In this document: positions 53,031-61,895 of the stretch, piece by piece
How the letters are laid out: every line of letters begins with the position of its first letter
Position numbering within the stretch: the stretch's first letter is position 1
DNA from: Gemmatimonadaceae bacterium
Lineage (GTDB): Bacteria > Gemmatimonadota > Gemmatimonadetes > Gemmatimonadales > Gemmatimonadaceae
DNA length: 64,000 nt
Assembly (NCBI GenBank): GCA_045803545.1
Contig: JBJMOW010000002.1
Span: 1 to 64,000 of the forward strand
Reading direction: 5' to 3'
Translations under genes and position numbers: made by a program
Notes under the pieces: model-generated
Database searches by the model: none
Told to the model about the DNA's origin: nothing
Seen by the model: only the letters and a program-made list of their open reading frames with translations

Positions 53031-53367
53031 GGACATTCGCGAGATGGGCGAGGCGGACATCAACGCGCGCATCGCCGAGCTGGAGCGTGAGCGGTTCAAC
53101 CTCCGCGTTCAGTCAGGCACGCGTACGCTCGACGATCCACTTCGTCTGCGTGTGATCCGCAGGGACGTGGCGCGCCTCAAGACGGTGCTGAAAGAGAAGA
53201 TCATCGGCATCGCCGAAGCGCGGGAAGCGGGAAGCGGGAAGCGGGAAGCGCAAACCGGCAAGCAGGAGGCGGGAAGGGGCGGTCGGACATCGAGACGAGT
53301 GACGGGAAGACGCGGTCGCAAAGCGGCCACTGCGACCAACCGTGCGAAAAGGAGTAAGAGGGCGTAA
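53020..53367 (+). CDS. rpmC: 50S ribosomal protein uL29 with C-terminal extension
   Basis: [17 protein letters not shown]; position between rplP and rpsQ. Confidence 0.95.
53223..53278 (+). repeat. Heptamer tandem array (GGAAGCG) inside rpmC
   Basis: Four perfect ggaagcg units (53223-53250) followed by in-phase degenerate units caaaccg gcaagca ggaggcg ggaaggg. Confidence 0.9.
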
Positions 53368-53654
53368 TGGCAGAACTGGAGAGAAACGAGAGCAGCACGA
53401 CAGAGCGGAGCTCGCGCAAGACGCGAGTCGGCAGGGTCGTCAGCGACAAAATGCAGAAGACGGTAGTGGTCTCGATCGAGCGTCGAGTTCAGCACCCTGT
53501 GTACGGCAAGATGGTTCGCCGCACCAAGAAGCTGAAAGCGCACGATGAGGAGAACCAGGCCAAGACGGGCGATACCGTCCGCATCATGGAGACCCGGCCA
53601 TTGTCGAAGGACAAGCGGTGGCGCGTGGTCGAAATCATCGAACGTGCACGTTAA
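53367..53654 (+). CDS. rpsQ: 30S ribosomal protein uS17
   Basis: [25 protein letters not shown]. Confidence 0.99.
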   Translation: MAELERNESSTTERSSRKTRVGRVVSDKMQKTVVVSIERRVQHPVYGKMVRRTKKLKAHDEENQAKTGDTVRIMETRPLSKDKRWRVVEIIERAR

Positions 53655-53666
53655 CGGAGAAGACCA

Positions 53667-54035
53667 GTGATCCAGCAGGAATCGGTGGTCAAGGTCGCGG
53701 ACAACTCGGGCGCGAAAACGGCGCTCGTGATCCGCGTGCTCGGCGGAACGCGCCGACGCTACGCGTCGCTTGGCGATGTAGTAATCGTCGCCGTGAAGAA
53801 CGCGCTCCCCAACGGCACCGTGAAGAAGTCAGACGTCGCGCGCGCGGTAGTGGTGCGCACGGCGAAGGAGACGCGTCGCAAGGATGGCAGCTACATCCGC
53901 TTCGACGAGAACGCAGTCGTGATCATCAACGAACAAGGTGAGCCAAGAGCGACTCGTATCTTCGGACCCGTGGCGCGCGAGCTCCGCGACAAGAAGTACA
54001 TGAAGATCGTCTCGCTCGCCCCTGAGGTGATATAA
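53667..54035 (+). CDS. rplN: 50S ribosomal protein uL14
   Basis: [28 protein letters not shown]. Confidence 0.99.
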   Translation: MIQQESVVKVADNSGAKTALVIRVLGGTRRRYASLGDVVIVAVKNALPNGTVKKSDVARAVVVRTAKETRRKDGSYIRFDENAVVIINEQGEPRATRIFGPVARELRDKKYMKIVSLAPEVI

Positions 54036-54036
54036 A

Positions 54037-54456
54037 GTGAGAGTTCTGAAATACAGGAAGACGGCGGGCAACCGGCTTATCGCGCGCCACGCCAGGAACG
54101 CCGAGCGGATGAAGCTGAACGTGTCGAGGGGTGACACGGTTCGGGTGATGCGCGGCGAAGACAAAGGAAAGGAAGGCAAGGTGATTCGCGTTTTCCTCAA
54201 GACCGGCCGCGTGCTGGTCGAGGGCGTGAACATGGTGAAGATGCATCGCAAGGCGCGTACGGCCGAAGAACAATCGGGTATCCGTGAGGCGCCGGCGTCG
54301 ATTCATCACTCGAACGTCATGCTGCTCGACGCGAAGTCGGGACAGCCGACTAGAGTGAAGTCACGCTACGACAGTGATGCCGAGCACGTTGACCGTCGGA
54401 GAAGCAAAGAGCGCGTCGGCGCGAAGAGCGGAGAACCCATCCCGCGCGTGCGCTGA
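54037..54456 (+). CDS. rplX: 50S ribosomal protein uL24
   Basis: KOW motif [29 protein letters not shown]; true start may be downstream (MKLNV). Confidence 0.97.
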   Translation: MRVLKYRKTAGNRLIARHARNAERMKLNVSRGDTVRVMRGEDKGKEGKVIRVFLKTGRVLVEGVNMVKMHRKARTAEEQSGIREAPASIHHSNVMLLDAKSGQPTRVKSRYDSDAEHVDRRRSKERVGAKSGEPIPRVR

Positions 54457-54471
54457 GCGAGGACATAGAAC

Positions 54472-55176
54472 ATGGCTAAAACAGACAATAAAGCGGCAGG
54501 CGGTAAGAAGGATGCGGCCGGCGGGAAGTCCAAGGGCAAGGCTCGCAAGGACACTGCCCAACAGGTTCAACAGGAGCACGCGGGAAAGGATCTCCCGGTT
54601 CCTCCGCCGCGCCTTCGCATCCTGTACGAGCAGACGGTGCGTGACCGGTTGAAGACCCAGTTCGGATTCGGCAACCCGCACGAGATCCCGAATCTCAGCA
54701 AGATCGTGGTCAATTGCGGCGTCGGCGAAGCGATCAAGAACCCAAAGGTTCTCGACAGCGTCGTCAACGAGCTCAGCATCATCACCGGCCAGCGTCCGGT
54801 TCGTAAGAAAGCGAAGAAGTCGATCGCCAACTTCGGATTGAGAAAGGGTCAGGAGATCGGGGCGGCCGTGACGCTGCGCGGCGCGCGGATGTGGGAGTTC
54901 TTCGACCGATTCGTCACGGTAGCAATTCCGCGGATTCGCGATTTCCGCGGCGTCAACACTCGCTCGTTCGATGGACGCGGCAACTACACGCTGGGTGTGA
55001 AGGAGCAGATGATTTTCCCCGAGATCAACTACGACATGGTCGATCAGATCCACGGGATGGACATCACCTTCGTAACCACCACGACCAAGGACGACCAGGC
55101 GCTGGCGCTGTTGAAGGAGTTGGGGATGCCGTTCCGTGGCGAGGAAAAAGGAGACGGGCGTTCACATCGGCGATAG
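54472..55176 (+). CDS. rplE: 50S ribosomal protein uL5 with N-terminal extension
   Basis: ITGQRP, PRIRDFRG, FDGRGNYTLG. Confidence 0.99.
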   Translation: MAKTDNKAAGGKKDAAGGKSKGKARKDTAQQVQQEHAGKDLPVPPPRLRILYEQTVRDRLKTQFGFGNPHEIPNLSKIVVNCGVGEAIKNPKVLDSVVNELSIITGQRPVRKKAKKSIANFGLRKGQEIGAAVTLRGARMWEFFDRFVTVAIPRIRDFRGVNTRSFDGRGNYTLGVKEQMIFPEINYDMVDQIHGMDITFVTTTTKDDQALALLKELGMPFRGEEKGDGRSHRR

Positions 55177-55249
55177 GCAGCCCGAGTCACGAGCTGAGTT
55201 CGAAATCCGAGCTCAGTCCGAATAGCGAACTTTTTTTAGAGAGATGTAA

Positions 55250-55435
55250 ATGGCAAGAAAGGCCATGGTGGAGAAGTCGAAGCGGAAGCCGAAGTTCGGG
55301 GTGCGTCAGCACAATCGCTGCGGGCGCTGCGGAAGATCGCGTGCTTTCCTGCGCAAGTTCGGTCTCTGCAGAATCTGCTTCAGAGAGATGGCGCTGTCGG
55401 GATACATACCCGGCGTGCGTAAGGCTAGCTGGTAA
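55250..55435 (+). CDS. rpsN: 30S ribosomal protein uS14, zinc-binding (type Z)
   Basis: 61 aa, CGRC...[12 protein letters not shown]. Confidence 0.98.
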   Translation: MARKAMVEKSKRKPKFGVRQHNRCGRCGRSRAFLRKFGLCRICFREMALSGYIPGVRKASW

Positions 55436-55519
55436 CCATTCATTTCTACACGTCCTGTCCAAAAGCTGCGGATTTGCGAGCTTTTGGTTGGGATACGGTA
55501 GAACGAGGAAAATCACTTA

Positions 55520-55921
55520 ATGAGCATGACAGATCCGATTGCCGACATGCTGACGCGCATCCGCAATGCCTGCGGAGCGAAGCACCGCCGCGTCGATATG
55601 CCGGTTTCGAAACTGAAAGTTGAGATCGCGAAGATCCTGAAGGAGAACAATTTCATTCAGGACTACAAGACGCTGGACACCGATGAAGGCAGAACACTGC
55701 TTCGCGTGGTACTCAAGTACGCGCAGGGCGGCCAGCCGGTGATTCGTGAGCTGCGTCGTGTTTCCACGCCGGGCCTGCGAAAGTACGTCGGCGTCTCCGA
55801 GATTCCGCGCGTACGCAACGGACTCGGCATGGCGATTCTCAGCACCTCACAGGGCGTGATGTCCGATCGCCAGGCGCGCCAGAAGCGCACCGGCGGCGAG
55901 CTCATCGCGCTGGTCTGGTAA
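55520..55921 (+). CDS. rpsH: 30S ribosomal protein uS8
   Basis: DPIADMLTRIRN, STPGLRKY, GGELI. Confidence 0.99.
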   Translation: MSMTDPIADMLTRIRNACGAKHRRVDMPVSKLKVEIAKILKENNFIQDYKTLDTDEGRTLLRVVLKYAQGGQPVIRELRRVSTPGLRKYVGVSEIPRVRNGLGMAILSTSQGVMSDRQARQKRTGGELIALVW

Positions 55922-55935
55922 GGAGATAGATAGAG

Positions 55936-56484
55936 ATGTCGAGAATTGGAAAGCATCCGGTCGCGGTACCGAAGGGCGTGACGGCCAAAGTCGATGGCAA
56001 CACCGTTTCAGTGAAGGGACCAAAGGGTGAGCTCGAGCGCACCCTCCACCCGGAAATGAAGGTGACGCTGAACGACAATCAGATCGTCGTCGAGCGGCCG
56101 TCGGACGAAGCGAATCACAAAGCGCTCCATGGATTGAGCCGTACACTCGTCGCGAACATGATCGAGGGTGTGACCAAGGGCTTCAAGAAGGAGCTCGAGC
56201 TCGTTGGCGTCGGCTACAAAGCCGATGCGCGCCCATACGGGCTACAGCTCGCGCTTGGCTTCTCGCACCCGGTCAAATACGAAGCACCGAAGGGAATCAA
56301 GCTTAGTGCGCCGGCGCCGACGCAAATCGTCGTCGAAGGCGCGAACAAGGAAATCGTCGGTCAGGTTGCCGCGGAGCTGCGCAGCATCAGGCCACCCGAG
56401 CCGTACAAGGGCAAGGGCATCAAGTACGTCGGCGAGCAGATTCGTCGCAAAGCCGGCAAGGCTGGTAAGGCGGGAGCGAAATAA
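55936..56484 (+). CDS. rplF: 50S ribosomal protein uL6
   Basis: MSRIGK, PPEPYKGKGI. Confidence 0.99.
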   Translation: MSRIGKHPVAVPKGVTAKVDGNTVSVKGPKGELERTLHPEMKVTLNDNQIVVERPSDEANHKALHGLSRTLVANMIEGVTKGFKKELELVGVGYKADARPYGLQLALGFSHPVKYEAPKGIKLSAPAPTQIVVEGANKEIVGQVAAELRSIRPPEPYKGKGIKYVGEQIRRKAGKAGKAGAK

Positions 56485-56840
56485 TGCCTAAGATGGCAAG
56501 ACCGAAGTCGCGCGATCAACTGCGTACGCGGCGTCACTTCAGGCTGCGGAAGAAAGTCGTCGGGAGCTCGGAAAGGCCACGGCTCGTGGTCTACAGATCT
56601 CTCAAGCACATCTATGCTCAGCTGGTCGATGACACCACCCAGCGCACGCTGATGACGGTCACCGACACCGGTCTCGATGGAAAACCGACCGAAAAGTCGG
56701 TCGAAGTTGGCAAGCGCATCGCTGCGAAGGCGAAGGACGCCGGCGTAAAGCGAGTCGTGTTCGATAGAGCTGGATACAAATATCACGGTCGCGTCAAAGG
56801 CGTGGCCGACGGAGCCCGCGAGGGCGGGTTGGAGTTTTAA
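56484..56840 (+). CDS. rplR: 50S ribosomal protein uL18
   Basis: RPRLVVYRS, FDRAGYKYHGRVK, AREGGLEF. Confidence 0.99.
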   Translation: MPKMARPKSRDQLRTRRHFRLRKKVVGSSERPRLVVYRSLKHIYAQLVDDTTQRTLMTVTDTGLDGKPTEKSVEVGKRIAAKAKDAGVKRVVFDRAGYKYHGRVKGVADGAREGGLEF

Positions 56841-56843
56841 TAA

Positions 56844-57659
56844 ATGGCTGATAACGAAAACGAGAATCCGGGAAGCACCGAACAGCCGACGCAGGAGCGT
56901 AGCGGCGGCGGCGGCGGTGGTGGCGGCGGCGGCGGAGGCGGTGGCGGTGGCGCTCGCGGCGGCCGTGGTGGCCGTGGTGGTCGCGGCGGCGGCGGCGGCG
57001 GACGTGGCGGCGCCGGTCGTGGCCGCGGTGGTCCGCGCGGCGAAGGTGGTCAGGGCGGACCTGGCGGTGGGGGCCCGGGTGGCGGCCGCAGAGGCCGCGA
57101 TGGCAAGGGACGTGACAGAGAGGGCGGCCGCGGAGAAGGCGGCAGCGAGCTCGTCGAGAACGTCATTGCGATCAATCGCGTCGCCAAGGTCGTGAAGGGT
57201 GGTCGCCGCTTCTCCTTCAATGCGCTTGTCGCGGTGGGAGATGGTCAGGGTCGCGTTGGCTTCGCCACCGGCAAGGCGAACGAAGTGTCGGAAGCGGTGC
57301 GCAAGGCGGTCGACGGAGCTCGTCGAAACATGGTTGCGATCCCGATGACCGGCAGCACCATTCCCCACGAGATCGTCGGCTCTCACGGCGCTGGTCGCGT
57401 CTGGATGAAGCCGGCAGCGCCGGGCGCGGGTGTGATTGCGGGCGGCGCAGTGCGCGCGATCATGGAGTGCGCAGGTATTGCTGATATTCTGACCAAATCT
57501 CTCGGCTCGACCAATCCGCACAACATGGTGCTGGCGGCTCTCGATGGATTGAAGCAGCTCACGACGGTCGAACAGATCGCCCGCGAGCGCGGCCTCGAAG
57601 TGTCGAGCATCGGCTATCGCTCGCGCGCCAAGTCAAAGGAGGCGGCAGTCCATGCCTAG
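56844..57659 (+). CDS. rpsE: 30S ribosomal protein uS5 with poly-Gly/RGG N-terminal extension
   Basis: [35 protein letters not shown]. Confidence 0.99.
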   Translation: MADNENENPGSTEQPTQERSGGGGGGGGGGGGGGGGARGGRGGRGGRGGGGGGRGGAGRGRGGPRGEGGQGGPGGGGPGGGRRGRDGKGRDREGGRGEGGSELVENVIAINRVAKVVKGGRRFSFNALVAVGDGQGRVGFATGKANEVSEAVRKAVDGARRNMVAIPMTGSTIPHEIVGSHGAGRVWMKPAAPGAGVIAGGAVRAIMECAGIADILTKSLGSTNPHNMVLAALDGLKQLTTVEQIARERGLEVSSIGYRSRAKSKEAAVHA

Positions 57660-57903
57660 AACACACGTATGGTGGCGAACCCGCGGTCCGAAGAAGACCG
57701 CGAAGGAGACGCTCACCAAGGGTAAAGTTCGTATCAAGCAAGTACGCAGCGGCATCGGCCACTCGTGGAGGATGCGGTTGACCCTGGAAGCGCTCGGGCT
57801 GAAGCATCATCAGGCCGAAGTGATTCATCAGGATTCGCCCTCGCTGCGCGGACAGATCAAGCACGTGCGTCACTTGATCGAAGTGACGCCGATCGAGGAA
57901 TAG
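57652..57903 (+). CDS. rpmD: 50S ribosomal protein uL30
   Basis: [21 protein letters not shown]; position after rpsE. Confidence 0.95.
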   Translation: MPRTHVWWRTRGPKKTAKETLTKGKVRIKQVRSGIGHSWRMRLTLEALGLKHHQAEVIHQDSPSLRGQIKHVRHLIEVTPIEE

Positions 57904-57906
57904 ACA

Positions 57907-58416
57907 GTGGCAACCAAAGCAACGCGCAAAGCGCGCGGCGCAGGCGAGGCGCCGAGTGTGGAAAGGATCGGACTGCATAATCTCGTTCCGGCTCCCGGAT
58001 CGCATCGGAATCGCAAGAGACTCGGGCGTGGTCCGGGGTCTGGCACCGGTAAGACGTCAGGTAAGGGACATAAGGGCATCAAGGCACGGTCGGGCCATCA
58101 CGGCCCGGGCGGCGGCAAGCCACAGTTCGAGGGCGGCCAGATGCCAATTACGCGGCGTCTGCCAAAGCGCGGTTTCACGAATATCTTTCGTGTAGAAAAT
58201 CAGGTCGTCGGATTCGACGATCTGGCAAGGCTGCCGAAGGGCTCCGAAGTGACGGAGGAGACACTGGCCGAGGCTGGATTGATCCGCCGCGGTAAAGGTC
58301 CCGCCAAGCTTCTGGCGAATGGAGAGGTCGCGAAGGGTATCACGGTTCGCGGCGTCAAAATGAGCGCGGGCGCGCGGCAGAAAATCGAAGCGGCCGGAGG
58401 CCGGGTAGAGATTTAA
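57907..58416 (+). CDS. rplO: 50S ribosomal protein uL15
   Basis: RLGRGPGSGTGKTSGKGHKG, FEGGQMP, IEAAGG. Confidence 0.99.
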   Translation: MATKATRKARGAGEAPSVERIGLHNLVPAPGSHRNRKRLGRGPGSGTGKTSGKGHKGIKARSGHHGPGGGKPQFEGGQMPITRRLPKRGFTNIFRVENQVVGFDDLARLPKGSEVTEETLAEAGLIRRGKGPAKLLANGEVAKGITVRGVKMSAGARQKIEAAGGRVEI

Positions 58417-59748
58417 ATGGCGCAATCAGCTCCAGCGGCGGCTGTAAGCAACATCTACAACACGCCCGAATTACGAGACAAGATCGTATTCACGTTCATC
58501 TGTCTCGTGATCTACAGATTGGGAGCGCACATCACGGCGCCGGGTGTCGACGTCGTCGCGCTCACGGATTTCTTTGCCAACAAGGGTAAGGGTGGATTGC
58601 TCGGCCTCTACGATCTGTTCGTAGGCGGCGGGCTCTCCCACGCGACCGTATTTGCGCTGGGAATCATGCCGTACATCTCGGCGAGCATTTTCTTCCAGAT
58701 CGCCGGCGCAGTCATTCCGACTGTCGAGAAAATGCAGAAGGATGAAGAGGGTCGAAAGAAAGTCACCCAGTGGACGCGCTACGCGACCGTGATTTTGGCC
58801 GCGGTGCAAGGCTGGGGATTTGCCCTCTTCACGTCCTCGCTCGAGAGTGCAGTTCTGAATCCCGGAATGGGGTTCAAGCTGCAGATGGTGCTGGTGCTGA
58901 CAACCGGCGCGATGTTCGTGATGTGGCTGGGTGAGCAGATCACCGAGAGAGGATTGGGCAACGGCGCTTCGCTGATCATCTTCTTCTCGATCGTCGAACG
59001 GTTCTGGCCCGGCATCTTCGGCACCTTTGGCTTCATCAAGACCCAGGCGGTTGGTCCGTTCTCGCTGGTCGTTCTCGGAATCGTGATGGTGGCAGTCGTT
59101 GCCGGCACGATCGCCATCACCATGGCGGCGCGTCGGGTGATGATTCAGATCCCGCAACGCACGATGGCGCGAGGGCGGCAAAGGGAGGCGGCCAAGAATT
59201 TCATTCCGCTGCGCGTTAACGCGGCCGGCGTGATGCCGATCATCTTCGCGTCGTCGGTGATCGTTGTGCCGGGCGCGATTGCCCAGTTCAGTGGCAGCAC
59301 GGTCGCCAGCCAGTGGGCCGAGAAGGTAGCGCCGGGAACGTGGGCCTACTACGCCTTGTCGGCGGTCCTGATCGTTTTCTTCACCTACTTTTACACGTCG
59401 ATCATCTTCAACCCGATCGACATCTCGGAGAATCTGAAGAAACAGGGCGGATTCATTCCGGGTGTGAAGCCCGGGCAGAAGACAGCGGAGTACATCGATC
59501 ATGTGGTGTCCCGCATCACGTTCCCGGGAGCGTTGTTCCTGACCTTCATCGCGCTATTGCCGGTGTTCATCGCCGACGCGATCAGCGTTCCGTTCAGATT
59601 CGGTGGTACTTCGCTGCTGATCGTGGTCGGTGTGGCACTCGACACGTTGGCGCAGATCAACCAACATCTGTTGCTGCGCAAGTACGACGGCTTCATGAAG
59701 AAGGGCCGAGTGCGATTCAGGGGACGCACGGCGGGCGGCGCCTACTAA
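58417..59748 (+). CDS. secY: Preprotein translocase subunit SecY
   Basis: FALGIMPYISASI, WLGEQITERG, GGFIPGVKPG, FGGTSLLIVVGV. Confidence 0.99.
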   Translation: MAQSAPAAAVSNIYNTPELRDKIVFTFICLVIYRLGAHITAPGVDVVALTDFFANKGKGGLLGLYDLFVGGGLSHATVFALGIMPYISASIFFQIAGAVIPTVEKMQKDEEGRKKVTQWTRYATVILAAVQGWGFALFTSSLESAVLNPGMGFKLQMVLVLTTGAMFVMWLGEQITERGLGNGASLIIFFSIVERFWPGIFGTFGFIKTQAVGPFSLVVLGIVMVAVVAGTIAITMAARRVMIQIPQRTMARGRQREAAKNFIPLRVNAAGVMPIIFASSVIVVPGAIAQFSGSTVASQWAEKVAPGTWAYYALSAVLIVFFTYFYTSIIFNPIDISENLKKQGGFIPGVKPGQKTAEYIDHVVSRITFPGALFLTFIALLPVFIADAISVPFRFGGTSLLIVVGVALDTLAQINQHLLLRKYDGFMKKGRVRFRGRTAGGAY

Positions 59749-59753
59749 ATTCC

Positions 59754-59786
59754 TTCGGAGGAGCCAAAAGCTCCTCCGAATCTTTT
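59754..59786 (+). terminator. Terminator-like hairpin between secY and adk
   Basis: ttcggaggagc-caaaa-gctcctccgaa + tctttt. Confidence 0.55.
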
Positions 59787-59799
59787 CCGGGTATCTCTG

Positions 59800-60432
59800 A
59801 TGATCATCGTCCTGCTCGGGCCACCGGGCGCGGGAAAGGGAACGCAGGCGGACAGGCTCGCTACGCGCCTCGGCATTCCAAAGATCGCGACGGGCGACGT
59901 GCTTCGTGGGGCGCTTCGTGACGGTACCAAGCGAGGCAAGGAAGCGCAGGCCTATATGGAGCGCGGCGATCTGGTTCCGGACGCGGTGATTCTGGGTATC
60001 CTGCAGGACGTGATGAACTCGCCGTCGACGGCAAAAGGCGCCATACTGGATGGTGCAGTGCGGACCGTGCCGCAGGCCGAAGGACTCGGCGTCACGCTGG
60101 CTGAAATCGGGAAAAAGATCGACAAGGTTCTGCTGTTCGATGTCGACGACGAGGAGCTTGTCCGACGACTGAGCGGTCGCACCGTATGCGAAGGTTGTCA
60201 GACTCCTTACATGGGTCGCGATCCGGGATCGGAGTGCGAGAAGTGCGGTGGGAGACTCGTGAGACGGAAAGACGACGAGCCTGAGGCAATCCGGAATCGA
60301 CTCGAGGTGTACCGGACCCAGACGGCGCCCGTGATCGATTGGTACAATGATCACAAGATGAAGGTGTTGAAGATCGATGCTGATGGACCGGTGGACGAAG
60401 TGACGGCGCGTGCCGTCGAAGCGATGCGGTAG
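59800..60432 (+). CDS. adk: Adenylate kinase (Zn-binding LID)
   Basis: GPPGAGKGTQA, GDLVPD, CEGC...CEKC, RKDD. Confidence 0.98.
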   Translation: MIIVLLGPPGAGKGTQADRLATRLGIPKIATGDVLRGALRDGTKRGKEAQAYMERGDLVPDAVILGILQDVMNSPSTAKGAILDGAVRTVPQAEGLGVTLAEIGKKIDKVLLFDVDDEELVRRLSGRTVCEGCQTPYMGRDPGSECEKCGGRLVRRKDDEPEAIRNRLEVYRTQTAPVIDWYNDHKMKVLKIDADGPVDEVTARAVEAMR

Positions 60433-60464
60433 GCGTTAGCGGTGAGCGCAGCGAGGGAGCTGAG

Positions 60465-61244
60465 GTGATACAGATCAAGTCGGCGCGGGAAATCGAGATT
60501 ATGGCGCGGGGCGGGGAGATACTCGCCGAGACAGTGAGACTTCTCGAGACGAGCGTGCGCGCCGGGATGACGACGGCGGATCTCGACAAGATCGCCGACG
60601 ATTTCATACGCTCCCATCCGGGGGCGACGCCGGCGTTCAAGGGACTGTACAACTTTCCCGCCAGCATCTGCACTTCGATCAATCAGGAGATCGTGCACGG
60701 AATCCCCTCCAGAAAACGGACGGTGGAAGAAGGCGACATCGTCTCGATCGACGTCGGAGTGAAGCTCGATGGCTACTACACGGATTCGGCGACGACGGTG
60801 GCCGTGGGTCGTGTCGACGACGAATCGAAGCGACTACTCGATGTGACGAAGAAGGCGCTCGCGGCCGGCATTGAGGCAGCGCGCACGGACAATCACATCG
60901 GGGACATTGGCGCCGCGGTGCAGGAGGTTGTGGAGGCTGCCGGGTTCAGCGTCGTGCGCGACCTGGTCGGACATGGAATCGGTGTCGGATTCCACGAAGA
61001 TCCGCAGGTGCCGAATTACGGGAAGCCGAAGCGAGGCCAACGGCTCATTCCAGGACTGACGATCGCGATCGAGCCAATGGTGAACATCGGGGGACCGGGG
61101 ACGCGAACAATGCCGGATAGGTGGACGGTGGTGGCCGTCGACGGAACTCGGTCGGCGCACTTCGAGCATACCGTTGCGATTACGGATGATGGGCCGCGGG
61201 TGCTTACGGCGCTGAGCGGGGAGCGGGTCGCCATCTCGGCGTAG
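60465..61244 (+). CDS. map: Methionine aminopeptidase type I
   Basis: VHGIP, SIDVG, DSA, GHGIG..FHEDP, IEPM, SAHFEHT. Confidence 0.99.
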   Translation: MIQIKSAREIEIMARGGEILAETVRLLETSVRAGMTTADLDKIADDFIRSHPGATPAFKGLYNFPASICTSINQEIVHGIPSRKRTVEEGDIVSIDVGVKLDGYYTDSATTVAVGRVDDESKRLLDVTKKALAAGIEAARTDNHIGDIGAAVQEVVEAAGFSVVRDLVGHGIGVGFHEDPQVPNYGKPKRGQRLIPGLTIAIEPMVNIGGPGTRTMPDRWTVVAVDGTRSAHFEHTVAITDDGPRVLTALSGERVAISA

Positions 61245-61265
61245 GGTTCTCTAAGTGTGCCTGGC

Positions 61266-61864
61266 ATCCAGAATACCAAAGCCGGGTGCTGCCAGCTTGG
61301 GGAGCAGCTTAGCGCCGAGCTCGGTTGGAAAAGCGTTCAGTTACGCTCATGTCGGCGCACTCATGATGCGAGCTGCACGCCGATTCACTGTAGTGTTCCG
61401 GGCGTGTCCGACTACCGCAAGCTCAAGGTCTTTGAGAAGGCGCATGCGCTAATGGTGCATGTGCATCGCGTAGCTAAGGGGATTCGGAACTCTTACGACA
61501 AATCTTTGCAGTCTCAGATGACTCGAGCGGCGCAGTCCATTCCGACGAACATTGCAGAAGGTAGGTGCCAGAACACGGACAAAGTTTGCACGATTTCTGT
61601 GGATCGCCCTTAACTCAGCGACCGAGCTCGAATATCATCTCACGGCCGCGCGCGACGTTGAAGCGATTTCTAACGAAGACTCTGAAGCCTTAGAACGCGC
61701 GACAGTCGAAGTAAGAAGGATGCTTTACGGTCTCCTGCGCAGTCTCGGCGAGCACGGGTAGGTGAGCACGAATAGCGAGCACCGACAGGCGAGTGCTTTG
61801 TCCGACCGAGCTGGGCGCTAAGGTGCTCCCTAAGCTGGCAGCACCCGGCTTTAGTATTCTGGAT
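61266..61864. mobile_element. Inverted-repeat-bounded cassette carrying a four-helix-bundle gene (IVS-like)
   Basis: Arms 61266-61338 and 61791-61864 pair gap-free for 64 bp with 3 mismatches and 2 G-U; mobility is inferred, not shown. Confidence 0.55.
61404..61761 (+). pseudogene. Four-helix-bundle (23S rRNA IVS protein-like) gene with internal +1 frameshift
   Basis: Frame A from GTG 61404: SDYRKLKVFEKAH...QMTRAAQSIPTNIAEG...DK; frame B continues FARFLWIALNSATELEYHL...EVRRMLYGL; junction gac aaa g ttt gca near 61579-61590. Confidence 0.8.
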
Positions 61865-61895
61865 TCTGTTGCGCGCGCAATTGTGGCCAGGAAAG

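Noticed and set aside
61257..61403. N-terminal extension of the four-helix-bundle ORF
   Set aside because: Runs through the left inverted-repeat arm; family similarity begins at GTG 61404
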